From Oikopleura dioica (Eukaryota; Animalia; Chordata), in the NCBI GenBank assembly GCA_907165135.1, contig OU015567.1:3906001-3970000 (forward strand): 64,000 nt of DNA, written 5' to 3'. The position numbers and the translations under genes were made by a program. The notes below the pieces were generated by a model. It saw nothing but the letters and a program-made list of their open reading frames with translations. It was not told the origin of the DNA and ran no database searches. Numbering within the stretch: position 1 is the first letter of the stretch; each line of letters opens with the position of its first letter. This document shows positions 61,801 through 64,000 of this stretch, one piece after another.

Positions 61801-63090
61801 ATGTCCCTAGTATTCGAGCTTTTTGGCTTTATCGGAATTTGCTGGTTAGCATTTATAGTCAATTGCCAACTTGAAATTTATGGCTTCAAAAGAGCGCTTC
61901 ACGAAAGAGAAATGGAGCTTCATGGGTTTTCTTGTGAAGAGATAAGGATGGAAGGAGCGGACACGATTTCGATTTCTTCTGATGGGCTTGCGTTCATGAC
62001 GTCTGGGTTGAAATATCCGCCGCTCGACTCGCCACCTGCTGATGGAGGGGTTTTTATGCGTTAGTTCTTTGAAATAAGAGATTGACAATTAACGAAGTTT
62101 CAGTGGATTTGACGACAGACGACCTTGATCCCAAAAAAGTCGACATCATGGCCCCCTTCGATCCCTACAAATTAAACCCGCATGGAATCCGCGTCTACGA
62201 GCCCGGAGACGGACGAATCCTAGTCTACATCTCGAACCACGGACTTGGACTTGACAAAGTCGAGAAATTCGAATACTCAGTCACGAAGAATCAGCTAAAA
62301 TGGATCAACTCTTTCAAGCAGAAGAAGGAATTCTACTCGCTGAATGATATCGAGATGATTGCTGAGGATGACTTTTTCTTCGTTAACGACCAAGTAAGTA
62401 AAGCTCCTTACTTGTACTCATGTGAAAATACGTATAAAAGGTCAAGACAAATGCTTTGACATGTAACATTTCCACTTAGAAGCTTCAGGAAGAACATGTT
62501 TTTTTAGTACTTTTCGACTCGTCAGCGATTCTTGCGCTTTTTGGAATACCACTCATTTATCCGACTCGGCTCGCTTGGCTACTGTAACAAAGGCAACTGC
62601 CAGCTGGCAACCAAGCACAATCTTGGCTACCCGTCTGGACTTTCCATCCGAACAACGACCGACGAAAACGGCAAGTTTCGAAAAGAACTAATCGTCGTGG
62701 AAAAACGCGCGTTTCGAGCTTCAATTTATCATTTGGATCCATCCAACGGCTTTGTTTTTTCCCACACGATTCCGTTGCCCGCGAATATTGACAATATTTT
62801 CAACGACGGGGAGGATATTTATTTTGCAGGATCGCCGAGGGGATCGAATGGGGATGATTTGGTAGAAGTGATCAAATTGAACAAGAAAAATGAACTGGAG
62901 ACGATTATCTCCACGACTCTAATTAAGGGTATGTGAACTTATTAGACAAGCGCTTAGAATTATTGAATAATATAAAACCTATAATTACGAATAAACCATG
63001 TTTTTAGGAGTCACAAGTTATGCTCATTTCGAAGACAAAATACTTTTTGGAACCCAAAACAGCAATCTTCTTGTATGCACACGTGATTAG
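61801..63090 (+). CDS. pon: Paraoxonase/arylesterase (PON) family protein
   Basis: N-terminal anchor; DGLAFMTSGLKYP, NPHGI, YISNH, VEKFEY, LNDI, FFFVND, IDNI; ends LLVCTRD*. Confidence 0.85.
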
Positions 63091-63314
63091 TAAAATTGAA
63101 TTAAAAGCTGTAAAATAAAAAAAATAATAACAAACTTTTTTGCTGACTTCAAAATCGGAAAGAGTTCATTTATCGCAAGAAATATTAAATTGGATGAATA
63201 CGGGATAAAATTTTGTATCTCGAAATTGCGCAAAGAACTTGTGAAAATTTACATCTGTCGGCCCGGCAACAAGAATGAATTGCGGGAAAAGAGCAGTTGC
63301 AGAGAAAAATTACG

Positions 63315-63635
63315 ATGAAGCTCACAGCGGCAATTTTGTCGCTCGCTCGGGCGGATCTTTGGCCGGCAAAGTGGAATCCTTCCGCCTCTCCATCGACCTG
63401 TGGCGCTGATGATGCTGGAGATCCGGATATCGGCGGAGCCTGTATGGAGGGCACTGATTGTTGCTTCGTTTGCCCAGATCCTGGCAAAAAAGAATACCGA
63501 GTTCCACTAATTGAATGCGGGGACAAATTCGCTCCCAACGGATGCGCTGGTCAAAATGAACAAGGATGCACTTGCACCGCTATGACTTTCGAGGAACAGA
63601 TCGAACTCTTCTCAGGAAAGGGTTTATTTACATGA
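63315..63635 (+). CDS. Small secreted Cys-rich protein
   Basis: MKLTAAILSLARA followed by 9 Cys; single exon. Confidence 0.6.
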   Translation: MKLTAAILSLARADLWPAKWNPSASPSTCGADDAGDPDIGGACMEGTDCCFVCPDPGKKEYRVPLIECGDKFAPNGCAGQNEQGCTCTAMTFEEQIELFSGKGLFT

Positions 63636-63653
63636 GAATAAAATACCGGTATC

Positions 63654-63794
63654 TCAGCAGTAAAGCCCAACATACGGATCGATCCATTTATTCGAAGCGG
63701 TTTCTTCCTTGATTTCAGTTTGTCCTTCTTCTCTCGAGATTGGCGATGAAAGAACATCGTTTATGTAAAATATATAAAAAAGAAAAAAGTTCAT
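63654..63794 (-). CDS. Possible 46-aa secreted peptide, convergent with the previous gene
   Basis: MNFFLFYIFYINDVLS-SPISREEG...KWIDPYVGLYC*. Confidence 0.3.
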   Translation of the reverse strand: MNFFLFYIFYINDVLSSPISREEGQTEIKEETASNKWIDPYVGLYC

Positions 63795-64000
63795 TTTTTG
63801 ATTTTTTCGGTCAATGAGCATTTCACGCTGAATTTGAAAAGAAAAAATTTTCAAATTCGGCGACCTTTTTAATTCTCGCGAATTTAAGTTTTCAAGTGAC
63901 CCGCTGATAAGATTTCTTATTCCATATTCATTTCCTCTTTCTTTCGAAACGTGTCCCTCAGAACCTTTTCAAAAGCGGACTACATCTTTGACGATGATCT

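Overview
AT-rich, gene-dense eukaryotic DNA with many 40-90 nt introns, some with GA or GC donors. Intron style, gene families and the LTR element point to the larvacean tunicate Oikopleura (inference, no database search). Recognisable host genes: Vangl, a glycine-receptor-like anion channel subunit, TENT5/FAM46, a ROR nuclear receptor, GCH1, a serpin, an SLC43 transporter, a paraoxonase and a GH16 glycoside hydrolase, plus many lineage-specific secreted or membrane proteins. A complete 5.4-kb Ty3/Gypsy (Tor-like) LTR retrotransposon (26253-31665) has identical LTRs and a 4-bp TSD that is the start codon of the neighbouring gene. Its Gag carries a CCCH rather than CCHC finger, there is a clear -1 frameshift signal, and there is no TGG-type PBS. 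Other highlights: the GlyR-like subunit lacks both Cys-loop cysteines; a six-member family of ~100-aa RGG/TM/Cys-cluster membrane microproteins; a TTAA MITE inside a coding exon that could be spliced out; a bacterial-type GH16 with introns; and a dispersed motif of paired CCAAT boxes spaced 29-30 bp apart. Several 1-bp homopolymer deletions suggest long-read consensus errors, so frameshifts are not proof of pseudogenes. Exon boundaries were read by eye and are approximate.
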